Source of the DNA: Octopus vulgaris
Lineage: Eukaryota
NCBI GenBank assembly: GCA_951406725.2
Contig: OX597815.1
Span: 24,800,001-24,864,000, forward strand
Direction of reading: 5' to 3'
DNA: 64,000 nt
In this document: positions 12,539 through 25,850 of the stretch, piece after piece
Position numbering within the stretch: the first letter of the stretch is position 1
How the letters are laid out: every line of letters starts with the position of its first letter
The notes under the pieces: model-generated
Seen by the model: only the letters and a program-made list of their open reading frames with translations
Database searches by the model: none
What the model was told of the DNA's origin: nothing
Position numbers and translations under genes: made by a program

Positions 12539-12580
<42 letters not shown>

Positions 12581-14085
12581 CGCCAATGCCAGAAAATATA
12601 CATAGATGTTAAATGATGATGTGATGATGATATATCAGTGTGGGTCTTCATGCTGCTATTAGCTGATCAAAGACAATTACTTTAACAACTGAATAGAAAA
12701 TGGTAATGAAGGGAAATCATTTCATACCAGACACATTCACTGACTTTGTTTTTCAATTGTTTTCCTTTTTTCCATACAGTAGATTATTGTGTGTGTGTGT
12801 GTGTGTGTGTGTTTTCATAACATAATAAATTGTGAAAATCAGATTTTCGCTTTTTTGTGTATATGTGTGTGTGTATGTAGCAGTCTTAATGACAGCAGCC
12901 ATCTATCTAGATGGTTGTAGTAACACAAAGAATGGACTGCCATGAAGAAATAACAAAGCAATCCAAGATAGATGCTGCCAGCTTCTGCATTATGCTTCTC
13001 AGGTGAACAACAGCATTTGTAAAGAAATAATTAACTCAATAGTAAAGGAAACCACCAGCTAGTGAACTTGATCAGCGATCAGCTTTGTCAGTTCTTCCTT
13101 GGCTGCCATCACAGACCAGTGAATTCCAGATAAAAATACAATGTAAGAAGCACTGAGCCAAATAAATCTGAAGCAAGGAAGTATGTAGATATATGTGTTT
13201 GTGTGTATGTGGTGTACTGCACTTTGATATGTGAGAGTCAATGTATACGTAGGTTTCATTGTGTAAATTACATGTAAGAGTGTCTGCGAGAGTATGGTTT
13301 GTGTGCATGTGCAATTGTGTATTTGTATATGCATGTGTGAGTCTAGCTATGTAGTGATTTCAGTGTGTAAAGTACATGTTTGAAGGTAACCTGTGTCTTT
13401 GATAATATATGGGTTTTTTTTCACATGTAGGTATGAGTGTATGTCTGTATATATGTGAGAGTGTATATATATGGTTGTTTATGTAGAATTGGGTATGTTT
13501 TAGTGTAGGTATTTAAATGCTTGAATGAATGTGTATGCTGTGAAGTAATATGTAAAGACACAATGTAAAGATATCTTCTGTATTACTTGTCATATTTTAT
13601 TGCTTATTTATTGCATACATATGTATTCACTGAAAATTAAAATTCCTTAACAGTTAATAGACAGGAGATGGACAGCAGTGATAACATATAAAGAAAAGTA
13701 CTTTAGCTGCAAAATGCAGTAAGAATGTGACGAAAAAACGTTTTTCTAATCTACTAAATATTTTTATGTAATAAAATAAATAGATTGACATGTCTGATGC
13801 AACAACAAAAAGAACCCTTTTGCAATATATGTTTTCTAAATGCAGAAAAATGGGCAACACCCAAAATGTTGATTTTACTCTTCAGTTATGTCTATTTTAT
13901 TCATCATATAAATGTCATATTAATGCAGTGGTAATAGAGGAGGCAAACATGTTTCTATTATGGTGTAGATGAGGGATTCTCAAACTGGGATCCATAATAC
14001 CACAGAGTTTTGTGAAAAACATTCTCGAGTTCCTTGAGATAAGGTGTAAAAAATGATATTTGCCATTTTCAAATAATAAATGACT

Positions 14086-14290
14086 GAGGGATAGCTGAAT
14101 AGTTCCTGGCTTTTAAGGGTATTACATAAGGCCTGGTTGAAGGCCCAATCTTCCGAGTTCTTTTACAAGGGTTAGAATAACTGAAGGACCACCACAACAA
14201 GTGTGTGGATCTGAGAAGGGAATGTAGTGAATAAAATCATAATTAACTGATTTTCTTTTATCCAAAGCCAGGAACTTTTCATTACATGCT
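14086..14290. mobile_element. Small mariner-type MITE
   Basis: Inverted ends TGAATAGTTCCTGGCTTT and AAAGCCAGGAACTTTTCA about 200 bp apart. Confidence 0.55.
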
Positions 14291-14374
14291 TTATATCTAT
14301 GATTTTTATGTAATTAAATTCCTTCTGTAAACATTTTTTGTTTTATTAAATTATTTTTGAAAACTAGGGTAGCA

Positions 14375-15076
14375 GGGATTGGTAGTCTAATTTTAAAAAG
14401 GGTAGCAAAATACCTATGTTGGTTCAAAGTGCAAACAGCCATGCCACATGACACTAAAACATGGACTGTGAATGCAGAGGACATGCAAAGGCTTGAAAGA
14501 AATGAAGCTAGTATGCTGCCTTGGATGTGCAATGTCAGGGTGCATGTACAAGAGAGTATAAGTGTCTTAAGAGAAAAATTGGGTATAAGAGGCATCAGAT
14601 GCAGAGAGAAGACTGTACTTGTATGGTCATATGATGTGTAGGGATGAGGATAACTGCGTAAAGAAGTGCCAAGTTCTAATTATGGAAGGAACCTGTGGAA
14701 GAGGTTGACCCAAGACGATGTAGGACAAGGGGATGTTGAGTTTTACAGAGGTGATGACAGACTTCTGGAGATTTGATGCGCTTGAGAAGACATGTCAAGC
14801 TAAGTGAAATCATGGTCATGGCCAATGGGGTGACATGTAAAAGGCACCTGTGCCAGTGACAGTAAGAGGCACCCAGCACATTTTATAAAGTAGTTGACGT
14901 TAGAAAGAGCATCCAGCCATAGAAAGTAAGCCAAAACTGACAACTGGAGCCTGGTGCTGCTCTCTGGCTTACCAGCTCTTGTCAAACTGTCTAATGCATG
15001 CCAACATGGAAAATGGATGTTAAATGAAGATGATGACCATGATGATGATGATGATCATCATCATCATCATCATCAT
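14375..15076 (+). mobile_element. 5'-truncated RTE LINE with ORF C-terminus, 3'UTR and (GAT)n tail
   Basis: KTWTVNAEDMQRLERNEASMLPWMCNVR...LREKLGIRGI is the RTE post-RT region, and it runs directly into the common tail repeat. Confidence 0.85.
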
Positions 15077-15819
15077 GTATAAAGGTTGAATAATAAAATA
15101 AGTTTGGTCTAAACCCATGGAAGAACTTGAACATAGTACTACAGTGTAACAATGAAGTGTTTGCTATCAGTTGAGCCAATCAGCAACGGTCAAATTTCTT
15201 GGTCTGAAATATTACACAAGAGTAATAATATAATACACACTTCAGTCATTTGACTAGTAATCCAAGCTGTATATATCAGCTCATCCATTTTTTTTTTTTT
15301 AATTTAGATTCCACTAGCCATGAAATCAACAAGCATCACCAATGATGCTTATTAAATATGTCTTTTACACCTTTAAGAAAACTATGACATCATTCAAAGT
15401 CATCTTTGCAATAAACATTTGACCTTGTGCTTAAGTAGAACACAAGGTGAATTGAGGATATAGATATTTTTAAATTACACTTTTAAGTTCAACTGATATA
15501 GTATTTTAGAGTATTGATTTCCTTTTTTATGATACTTCTAATTCAAATCCTCAAGTTCAGTGCAATAAATAAAAGCTCTACTGTTGTCGATATTTTAAAA
15601 TAGAAATGAGACCTCCTTCTGCTAGTAGATAGCAGATAATGAAAGGAGATATAATGGGTTAAATAAAAATCAGTAACACACTGGGGTTCAGAAAGTGACC
15701 CTTCTAGAAAAAAAAACTTAATGGCCTATTGTGTTTGCTGTTGTTACTGGACCATTTAAAAAGTATTTTTAAAAGTAAAAAATTTTTTGAAATTAATTTA
15801 ATATGGCTCATCTGTTTAA

Positions 15820-16039
15820 CCCTTTCATTACTGTATTTATTTTGAGATGCTCTGTGTTTCTTTCAATTACTTTATATATAACAAAGAATTTAGTAAAATA
15901 ACTCAGTTATCATTCAGTTAGTGTTAGGAACATAAATTGTGACTAAGGTTTGGTGGAAGATTTTAATTCAAAACTTATGAAAACAAGACATTTGTACTCA
16001 GAGCCAGAGCCGGTTTCAGCCAGGCTGGTAACGAAAGGG
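15820..16039. mobile_element. piggyBac-type MITE, 220 bp
   Basis: TTAA|CCCTTTCATTAC ... GTAACGAAAGGG|TTAA. A second copy starts at 63964. Confidence 0.85.
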
Positions 16040-17043
16040 TTAAGCATTAGGGAAAAAGGTTAAAATGTGCATTTATATCAGTGTTTATGTTTACACCACT
16101 TAAAACTGGTGCTGTGTTTAAGTTGTGTCCTGTAACTTAACAGTTCAATACTAAAATAATTACTAGGAATGATATTATCAATTAAACCCTTGAAAGGCTA
16201 TGCTCTAGCATTGCTTGCAGTCCAAAACCAGCAAAAGAAGAAAAACAAAGTCGCAAATAACTTTGAATATAAAATTTAAAATATAAACTAAGCAAAAACT
16301 TCTTAAGCAGAGAGGATCTATCAACAAAACTAACTTTATCAAGTGAGTCTAAACTGTTTTATAAAATAATGAATGTGGTAGCAGCTGTTAGTTGATAATA
16401 ATAGGTGTTGTTTGAGTAATTGGTAGAGAGGAAAGAAATGCTGTCTAATTAAGGAGTAAACCTAAACTATCAACCATTATTCCACTGGTTCCGTGTAACT
16501 GATTTAAACAGTTAATGGTGGTGCCAATGCAAACAGATGGGAATTAAAAAAACAAAAATGAATTTTAAAAAATAAGTACTACCATCTACATACTATTATA
16601 TTTCACATTGTGACAGGATTTCAGCTCATGATCAGAAGTAGCAATAAAATTTAAGCGTCTGAAGCATAAATACTTGCTTACATTGAGAAGTAGTAGGATG
16701 GTGGAAAAAATTATCTGTTTTTCTTCCATGGCTTTAGTGTTCATCTTGAACAAGCAATAGACTGTATCTAGCTACAGGAGATCCCGGTTACATTCAGGAA
16801 CATGTTTCATGAACAAATTCCAAGAAACTTACTGCCACGGGTCAAACAGAAGTCAGCTGAAATGAACCTGTTTGAAGCCACCTTTGTTAACTGTTTTTTG
16901 GTAACATTTAAAAATAGTTTCATGCTGAAAACATCTTTTTCTCTGATGTATTTACGGATACTTTCATTTACATATACTGGCCATTATAGACTCATGAAAG
17001 GGGATAAAATTATATTAGGCCATAATAAAACTTCAACAACAGG

Positions 17044-17182
17044 TTCAAAGTCTCCCTTGACCTCAAGTGGCCTGAACTCTTTACATGAACACCACCCTGT
17101 ACTTAACTCCATGTCCCCCTACATGGCCTTGCTATTTGCTTTTGAGCCAAAAATTAACTAACTAACTAACTAACTAACTAAC
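17044..17182 (+). mobile_element. 3' end of the CR1-group LINE found at 41593-43170, with (CTAA)n tail
   Basis: Near-identical to the reverse complement of ~41593-41720. Confidence 0.9.
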
Positions 17183-17208
17183 ATTTATACTCAAATGAAA
17201 AAATACAC

Positions 17209-17487
17209 CATCATTATCATCATTGTTTAATGTCCACTTTCCATGCCAGCATGGGTCGGACGATTTGACTGAGGTCTGGTGAACGAGACTCCAATCTGAT
17301 CTGGCAGAGTTTCTACAGCTGGATGCCCTTCCTAACGCCAACCACTCCGAGAGTGTAGTGGGTGCTTTTACGTGCCACCGGCACAAGGGCCAGTTTGGTG
17401 GTACAGGCAACGGCCACGCTCAAATGGTACTTTTTATGTGCCACCTGCACAGGAGCCAGTCCAGCGGCACTGGCAATGACCTTGCTA
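17209..17487 (-). mobile_element. RTE LINE 3' end
   Basis: Family sequence with a (CAT)n-like start on the + strand. Confidence 0.85.
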
Positions 17488-17609
17488 CCATTTCTAAATA
17501 GTTAAAAGACATTAGCCCTATATAAGTACACAGATATTAATTGTAAAATACACAAGTAATATAACATCATAATGCCAGGAAGTTGATACATGCAGTATGA
17601 TATTTATTA

Positions 17610-17990
17610 TCTTTTACTCGTTTCAGTCATTACATTGCAGCCTTGCTGGAGCATCAACTTGAAGAATTTTTAGTTAAAGAAATCAACCACAGTACTTCCC
17701 TTTTTCTGTTTTTTTTTTTAAGCCGACACTTATTCTATCCATCTCTTTTATTGAACTGCTAAGTTATAGGGATGTAGGTACACCAACACTGATTGTCAAG
17801 CAGTGGTTGGGGCACAACTACACATACACACACACATATACACAATAGGCTTCTTTTCAGTTTCCATCTATCAAATCCACTTACAAGGCTTTGGTCAGCC
17901 AGGGGCTACAGTAGAAGACACTCACCCAAAGTGACACACAATGAGACTGAACCTAAAACACGTGGTTGGGATGCTGACTTCTTACCACTT
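17610..17990 (-). mobile_element. SINE family B, older copy
   Basis: Diverged match to 61826-62222. Confidence 0.8.
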
Positions 17991-19239
17991 TACATTGATA
18001 GAAGTATTCATCTATTGTCGTTTTATCGATTGCCAATATTTTTGGTTTTACCTTCAGATGCCGTATTTAAACATCTTTGCATAAGAATTGAACCCATGTC
18101 AAGTAATACAGCATTTTAATCTGGATTTCTCTTAGGACTCTCTTAGGACTACACACTTTTTAAAAGTAATTTCAACAAAATTACTTAATTAGTTATACAA
18201 TTAAGTTCTCAATTAGCACTCAATTTATTTACTACCTCTAATTATATTCTTTTTGAGCGTGCCTATAATTGTACTTTATGCATACTATTCTATTTTATTT
18301 ATAATTTCTTTATCTTCAATGAAATACAACTTCCATTTACATATACGTTTTCTGTTGTGTCTGACTTCACTATTTCTTCTGTGATCATAACTGTCATACA
18401 TTTTTCATACTCGCCCCCATGATTCATTTACGCTAGAAACATCAAAGCGACTACACAATCACATAGTGTCAAATGAAAACACACTCAATAAATTCTGATA
18501 TTGTTAGCAATGATCAGAAATGAATGCTAATGCTCCTAAGTTTGCAGGAAACAAAAGTATGATAGTGGATAACAGAAGAATAATAGCTGTTACCTACATG
18601 CATCTGTATATGCACCAACACACACATACATAGATATATGTACACATAAACATATATATTCCTTAGAGAAAAGCTCTTTTCATAACACTGACAAAGGGTT
18701 TATTCTCTTGCATAAGAATAAGAGCAATAACGATAAGGGTAGCTAGTTGTCAATGTGTGTATGCGCAAAACTTTTATGCAATTTTTTTTCCTACAGCAAA
18801 AAATATGCACATGCTGAATGTATAATCATTATCACTATCAGCATTGTTATTTAACGTTCCCTTATCTGAACTTGCTTAGGTCAGATGGAATTTGTTTGAG
18901 GTTGGTTTTCCATTGTTGGGTGCCCTTCCTGTCACCAACCCTCACCTGTTTACAAGGATGGTAATATTTCCCATGGCCATACATGTTTTTCACAAAAGAC
19001 TGGAAATGAACAACATCACCTGCATGATGATGGTGCTCATTTGAAACCATCATGTGACATCAAGACAAAGGTGTGCACAGAGACACATTACACACACACA
19101 CACACACACACATATGTACGATGGCCTTTCAGTAAGCCCAATATTATAGTGGAAGAGACTTGCCAAAGGTACCACAAAGTGGGACTGAACCCGAAAGCAC
19201 ATAGATATAAAGCAAGCTTCTTAATCATACCACCATACC

Positions 19240-19581
19240 TATTTCTTTACTACCCACAAGGGGGTTAAACACAGAGAGGACAAACAAGGACAGGCAAACG
19301 GATTAAGTTGATTATATCGACCCCAGTGCATAACTGGTACTTATTTAATCGACCCCGAAAGGATGAAAGGCAAAGTCGACCTCAGTGGAATTTGAACTCA
19401 GAACGTAGCGGCAGATGAAATACCTATTTCTTTACTACCCACAAGGGGCTAAACACAGAGGGGACAAACAAGGACAGACAAACAGATTAAGTCAATTACA
19501 TGGATCCCAGAGCGTAACTGGTACTTATTTAATCCCCCCCGAAAGGATGAAAGGCAAAGTCGACCTCGGCGGAATTTGAAC
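19240..19581 (-). mobile_element. SINE family C tandem dimer
   Basis: Same two-unit structure as 9536-9897. CCACCATACCT occurs on both sides (19231-19241 and 19582-19591). Confidence 0.85.
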
Positions 19582-20127
19582 CACCATACCTGCTGGCTTA
19601 TTACAACATTTATAAGTATCTTTATTAATTTCTAAATTATTTCAATGAAAATGGATTGGCAGACTCATTAAAGCCTTGTAGAAAAAAAAATCTTTGTGAT
19701 ATTTATAATCTGAGTTCTAATCTTGCTACAGTCATCTTTGTTGTTTATCCCTCCAGGAGAAATAAAATAAAGTATTGGTCTTGTACTAGTGTCAGTGTAA
19801 TCAATCAGCCCTCTGCACTGAAAATTGCTGGGTTTGTGTCTACATTACAAACGATTATTAATTATTATATCAGTTTTTGTGAACATGTCAAATTCTTTTG
19901 TGTGCTAGTTGCAAAATATACGTACATACTCATAGCTATGAGAGGAATGTAAAGAGTGGGTAATAGATGAAAAGAGATGGAAAGTTAATTGGGTAGAAAA
20001 TTCCAGAGAGATGATTATATAGTTTTATCCACCATTCTTCTCTTCAGTTTTCAATAGTTTCTTAAGTATTTTAGTTGGAAGTAAAAAAAAGAAAATGCAA
20101 TATATTCACTCCAGTTTCAGTTGCTAA

Positions 20128-20195
<68 letters not shown>

Positions 20196-22224
20196 CACAC
20201 ACACACCCAAACATCATTATCATCATCATAATCATTTGACATCCAAATCCTTTGCTGGCATAGGTTGAAAAATTTGACAGGATCCAATTAGCCAGAGGGT
20301 TGTGTTGGGGTCCAAAGTCTGCTTTGACAAGGTCTCTATACCTGGATGTCATTCCTAATGCCAATGATTAAACAGAGTGTACGGGGTGCATTCTTCATAG
20401 CCCTGCACTAGTGAAGTTAACATATAGATATATATAAACACACACACATATACATACATTATTGAAGAAGTCTCTTTGCTATTTTATAAAAGTTTACACA
20501 ACAGAAGTTAGGCTCATTGTGTTATTTGTGTTGCATTTCCCTTGATTTAAACATTTTTACAAATAACACTAGTATTTGAAAAGAAATTTCATTAATATCT
20601 TGCCAATATTTATATTGGCAAGAACAATGAGGACTCTATTGTCCAGTGAGGAACAAAGTAACCTCACTAGTGCTGGTGTCATGACAAAAGCCATCAGGTA
20701 CACATTGTAAAGTGGTTAGTGAATGAGTAGATAACATAAGTTTGAGAAGATCCTTTAGTCCTGTCTTGCTGAGGACATGATATTTTCTCTTGTGTTGGTG
20801 CTATGATAAAATGCATCCTGTATATTCTTGAAGGATTCATGCCAGAAAGGCCATCCACACATAGGAGCCATATCAAAAATAGAATGTACAAGTGAATGTG
20901 AAACCCTGACTTACCCAGAGGAGCAGTAAGTCCAAAATATGATCCACTCAATGAAAGCCAACATAGAAAGAAGACATAAAACAATGATTATGACGATGAT
21001 GATGATAGATGTAAAGAGTGAATGTAAGTCAAAGAGTATATAATTAGTTTGGAGTATCATACTTCTAGGTTCAAATCCCAATAGAGCAGACTCTCCAGAC
21101 AGGATCAATAAAATACATACTACTGACATTAGATTAAATCAACTATGTTACCACTCTTTGACATCCTCAACTGATTGATATTAAATTAAAGAACAGCAAA
21201 TCAAGATATATGCAAAGAGATGGAAAGATATATGGAAAGAGATGGAAAGTTAATTGGGTAGAAAATTCCAGAAAGATGATTATATAGTTTTATCCACCAT
21301 TTACTTTATAATTTCTATAAGTGGAAGGAAATATTCCAGTATGTATACACCTACCAATATTTACATCTGAAATTTAACCAATAGTTCCATATTGTAAAAT
21401 AATGGATCACCACAAAGCTAGCAAGTTCTGAATTAGACATTTTCTTATTTAGAAGAATTCTCAGGACGTAACCTTACTGGTATCAGTTTCACAATGCTAT
21501 GATCTTATCTGATGCACATTTTCCTTTCAGCCAATCTTTTCACTAATTACTATAATTCATAAAGCCAGTGTATCTTCAGGTCCTGCAGCATAATTCTTAA
21601 TGAAAAATGATTCTCATAGGTAGGATGCTAGTACATCAAAAATAACTTTTACAGAGTTTCAATGAAAATGAATTATTGTTTATTTCTGAGATACATAAAA
21701 GATGGATGTAGTTTGCCTCCAAAATTTGATAGGTGATTCAAATTTATACGCTGGCATATAATATGATGATGCTGTACTTCTTTTTATAAGTATTCTTCAA
21801 AAATCTCATAGAACTATACATGGATAGTAAAATGGATACTTCATTGGAAGGATGAATATTTCAGTTGTTTGATCAAAGCGCTACCAACTTACTGAATTAT
21901 CCTGCAAGTGACTCAGTACTCCACACACACTTTTGTACTCTTAAAAGTGATTCTCAAGTGGTGACTGTGCAAAGGCCTTTTGCATTTTACAAATATAGTT
22001 CATAGATGAGATTCCACACAAATTCCACTGAAATAATCTCACTCACAAGGCTTGGGTTGCCTGGAGGCTATGGTAAGCAACATTTGTACAAGATCACACA
22101 CAGTAGGCTTGAATTTGGGACCAGATGACTGCAAGCAAGCTTTCTAATCAACTGACCATGTCTATGTCTAGATATTAGTGTAGTACCACCCAAATAATTA
22201 ACATATCTTGGGATGTTCATGGCA

Positions 22225-22582
22225 AAGAGTACCACAATTACAGGAGCCTATTATGCTTCACTTTTGAGGGAATTAAGAGAAGCTATCAAAATCAAGAGGC
22301 GGGGCAAGATCAGCAAAGGCATCCTCCTCCTGCAGGACAACGCTCCGGTCCACAACTCGCGTGTCGCCAGATCAGAAGCACAGGCATGCGGCTATGAACT
22401 CCTCCCCCATCCCTCCTACTCTCCTGACCTTGCACCCTCTGATTTTCACCTCTTCCTAGCCATGAAGTTGTTTTTGAAAGGAAAGCGTTTCCCAGATGAT
22501 GCAGCCTTGATTTCTGAAGTCAAGTCGTGGTTGGAGGACCAAGCTAGGGACTTCTACAAAAACGGTCTCCAGAGTTGCATCA
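22225..22582 (+). mobile_element. Mariner (DD34D) transposase C-terminal fragment
   Basis: TITGAYYASLL...QDNAPVH...HPSYSPDLAPSDFHLF, with 34 residues between the second and third catalytic Asp. No TIRs seen. Confidence 0.92.
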
Positions 22583-22619
22583 ATATCAAAATTTAGTTCT
22601 TTCTTGAGCTCTAAGACAC

Positions 22620-22840
22620 ATCAGGCCGATTACCCAGTTTCTGTGACTGAGATCATGATATTCCCCCGAAGAGGAAACTAATCCATTGCAGGGTTACTCA
22701 TCTACAGCTGAGTAGACTGAAGCAACATGAAATGAAGTGTTTCGCTCAAAATCACAATGCTCTGTCCAATCTGGGAATTGAAACTGTGCTCTAATGATTA
22801 AGAAAGCAACATGCACACCACTAGGCCAACTGACTTCACA
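22620..22840 (-). mobile_element. Decayed tRNA-derived SINE
   Basis: Minus strand begins with a TGGCCTAGTGG A-box and contains a CTCAGCTGTAGATGAGTAACCCTGC core. Confidence 0.55.
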
Positions 22841-22921
22841 CAAGCTTTATATAATTTTGTATAAGAAAGAGTGAAATAATTCCATACTTCTGTGAAATAT
22901 CCAGCTCATTTTCACAGGTAC

Positions 22922-23325
22922 TCATCATCATCATCATCATTTAATGTCCGCTTTCCATGCTAGCATGGGTTGGACGATTTTGACTGAGGGCTGGCAAAGC
23001 AGATGGCTGCACCAGGCTCCAGTCTTGATTTGGCAGAGTTTCTACAGCTGGATGCCCTTCCTAACACCAACCACTCCGAGAGTGTAGTGGGTGCTTTTTA
23101 TGTGCCACTGGCATGGTGGCCAGTCAGGCGGTACTGGCAACGACCTCACTTGAATTTTTTTTTACACATGCCACCAGCACAGGTGCCGGTAAGGCGACTT
23201 TGGTAACGATCATGCTCGAATGGTGCCCTTTTACATGCTACTGGCATGGTAGCCAGTTGGCTGCTCTGGCAACGATCACGCTCAAATGGTGCCCTTTAAG
23301 TGCCACTGGCACGGAAGCCAGTGGC
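22922..23325 (-). mobile_element. RTE LINE 3' end with tandem units
   Basis: Family match to 1558-2065 and 60677-61482. Confidence 0.85.
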
Positions 23326-23499
23326 ACTATTATCTCATATTTTCCAAGCACCCATTCAATATGTCTCAAGATTTTGTCCACTTGTTTATGTATAATTCTT
23401 GACTATGTACGAAATAATCAATATTTACAATAGTCAATAAAATTCTTATTTCATGTCACACATTTGACAGATTATATCTGTCAAATGTGAAAAAGACAA

Positions 23500-24015
23500 G
23501 GTCTCTATAAACTGGACTGTAGCCATCCCAACTAAAAGAGCAGTAATTCCAAACAAGATGTGTTAATGGGTGGAAGAGACTATTTGAGACCTGCTGCAAG
23601 CAACCTTTCTAGTACTCTTGGCTTGATAAAATACATCCAATCCAAATTATGAAGTGGTTGGTGATAAAAATGATTTCCATCCATAAATATATAAAAAAGG
23701 CACAAATAAGAACAAAGTTGACCAGTGTCCTGTTACTATGAGAGCTATATCGCAAAGGACTGCAACAAGTGGCAAAATGATGTGAAACCTGTCCAGCTCA
23801 ACATAGTACTCAACTACCAAAATGGCTCGAAAAGATTGGTACAAATGTAATGATAGAACACCGACAAAAATCATTATTGCTGGAAACTGTAAGAATTCTC
23901 TGCAGAGTTCTTGAAGCATGATCAGTAAACAAGTGTCACCTTAGTCTGCTGGCTGTGGACAGCTGACATGTTCCATCATACCCAAGCAAAGTAAGTTGAG
24001 GATTTTCCTCAAATA
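23500..24015 (+). mobile_element. Decayed RLE-type (R4/Dong-like) LINE 3' region
   Basis: Ends KSLLLETVRILCRVLEA*, resembling the LLGTARILRKVL motif. Confidence 0.5.
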
Positions 24016-24649
24016 ATGATGATGATGATGATCTGTCATAGCCTTCATTCACTGGTAATGTTTCACTTCCATATAGCACCACAATTCTAACATCATATAA
24101 GCTGCCCTTCTTATAAAGAAAGAACCCTTTTGTTTCATACACAAAGTTATTAGATATAATTGAATGGTTTCACATCCTTGATTATAGATCAGACGATATT
24201 TGATGTTTTGTAAAACATTTTAATCTGTGGCATATTCAAGATCTGTTCAGAAAAAAACTGAACTCTTAAAACAATACACCAACCAGTATGACATGCTTGT
24301 GATTGCAGTGTCGTGGATGGAAGACTTTGACCTTGAGACTAATAATAGCCACATCATACCACATCAATTAGTCATCAATGCACTAAAGTGAATATGAGTT
24401 TAAAGTAAATGGAAATTCATTGCAAGTTGAACAATAGAAGATTAGGAAAAGCATAATCTTTGTGTTAAAGTCTGTTCTCAATTGGGAAAAATGAGTACAG
24501 AGACTTTTCTATGTTGCAACAGGCTTAAGAGAAAGATTGCTTGAGTTGTACACAATGTTATAAGTATTTCAAATTTAAAACATAAGCCGAAGGCAATCTC
24601 ATTAAAAAAGTTTGTGCTGAGATATGTGAAAATTGTTATCCAACTATCC

Positions 24650-25850
24650 ATGGAATTTCTAAATATATAACTTTTGTAAAGATTTGTGCCACATGATCTT
24701 GATAGAAAAACTGAAGATATATTATGTTGCCAGAAAATAGTGCCATGTCTGCTGACAGACAAACCATAAGAGAACTGAATGTAGTTAGCTCAGAGCTGTT
24801 TGATCATTCAGATGATGACAAAACAAAGAATTCTTGAAAAGTGACAAGTCATAATCTCTATATATATAAATGGCAAAATGTCTGCGTGTGTGTCCTTTAT
24901 ACAAATCCACAATTTTTCAGTTAGAGAGCTTGCACTTTCTATGGTCATTCAAAACCGTCCAAGGGTGGTCGTGCACATCTTTACATTTCCCCAGTCACCC
25001 CGCAAAGCCATTAAAAAAATCAATAGAAGTGACTTTTTTTGTGAATTTTCTACCCAAATCCCAATTAAAATGCCTGAAACTCGATATGCCAATTGAATGC
25101 CAGCTAGCTGTATGTGATTGGTCGGAGATTTGAACAGTACTCGCATGTATGTGCGCATGCACGCAGCTGTATATGCATGCACTAGCACTATGACCTGGCG
25201 TTGCCGGGTCATAGTGCTAGTGAGTGATAAAATATGGATGTATACTGATGATGTTGAAACAAAGAGGAAGTTATCTAACTGGGCAGGCAAATGATTCCTG
25301 TGACCCAAAGAAACGCATCACATTTGCTCAAATGAGCAGCTGATATAGATTGTCTTTTTAGATTGGTAGAGTATTGCTCATCATCACAAGTTTGTTCCAT
25401 GTAATCAGATGATCAATAAAAAGTTTTACAGCTGTCCCAAGGCATCTGAGAACAAACAGTGTGAAGTTAAGTGGCCTCAAGCATGGACATACAAAACTGT
25501 AGTGATGCACTATAAAATTCCACCTGCTCATATATCATTCTCATCTGTGACTTTTTTCACGAAATATGAAACAGCTCTTATCCTCCAGCTACCCAACTCT
25601 CTGGATTCAGACTTGGCAAACATATTTTTTGCTTTCCAAGTTGAAATCCACTCTGAAAGATCACTGGTTTCAGACAATAGCCATTTCTGCAATTATTTCA
25701 TATTTTGCGAAAAAGTCACAGATGAAAAAAATTTACTATAACTATACAATACACATGAAAACTTGTTCCAAAACTGGAAAAGCACTGGAAACAGAATATC
25801 AATGGTAGAAGAAACTATTTTGAAGACAGCAAGTCTGATTAAATTGGAAG
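24650..25850 (+). mobile_element. Highly decayed mariner transposase interrupted by the Helitron at 24855-25220
   Basis: Remnants RFVPHDL (~24680) and LSKLKSTLKDHWFQTI (~25640). Confidence 0.5.
24855..25220 (+). mobile_element. Non-autonomous Helitron
   Basis: 5' A|TCTCTATATATATAAA and 3' hairpin CTAGCACTATGACC...GGTCATAGTGCTAG|T. An inverted copy lies at 47763-48126. Confidence 0.85.

Noticed and set aside
16832-16860. Possible 24-nt micro-exon on the minus strand (TTTCAG|...|GTAAGT)
   Set aside because: No similarity to IP3R and no other support.
20911-20965. Minus-strand MLAFIEWIIFWTYCSSG ending in a phase-2 GG|GTAAGT donor as another alternative first exon
   Set aside because: The ATG lies in what looks like a decayed (CAT)n-headed RTE tail and the composition is not exon-like, so it is probably chance.
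25245-25262. Other CTGATGA hits as hammerheads (25245, 28919, 38187, 57782, and 7484 on the minus strand)
   Set aside because: None has a properly placed GAAA box together with stems I-III.
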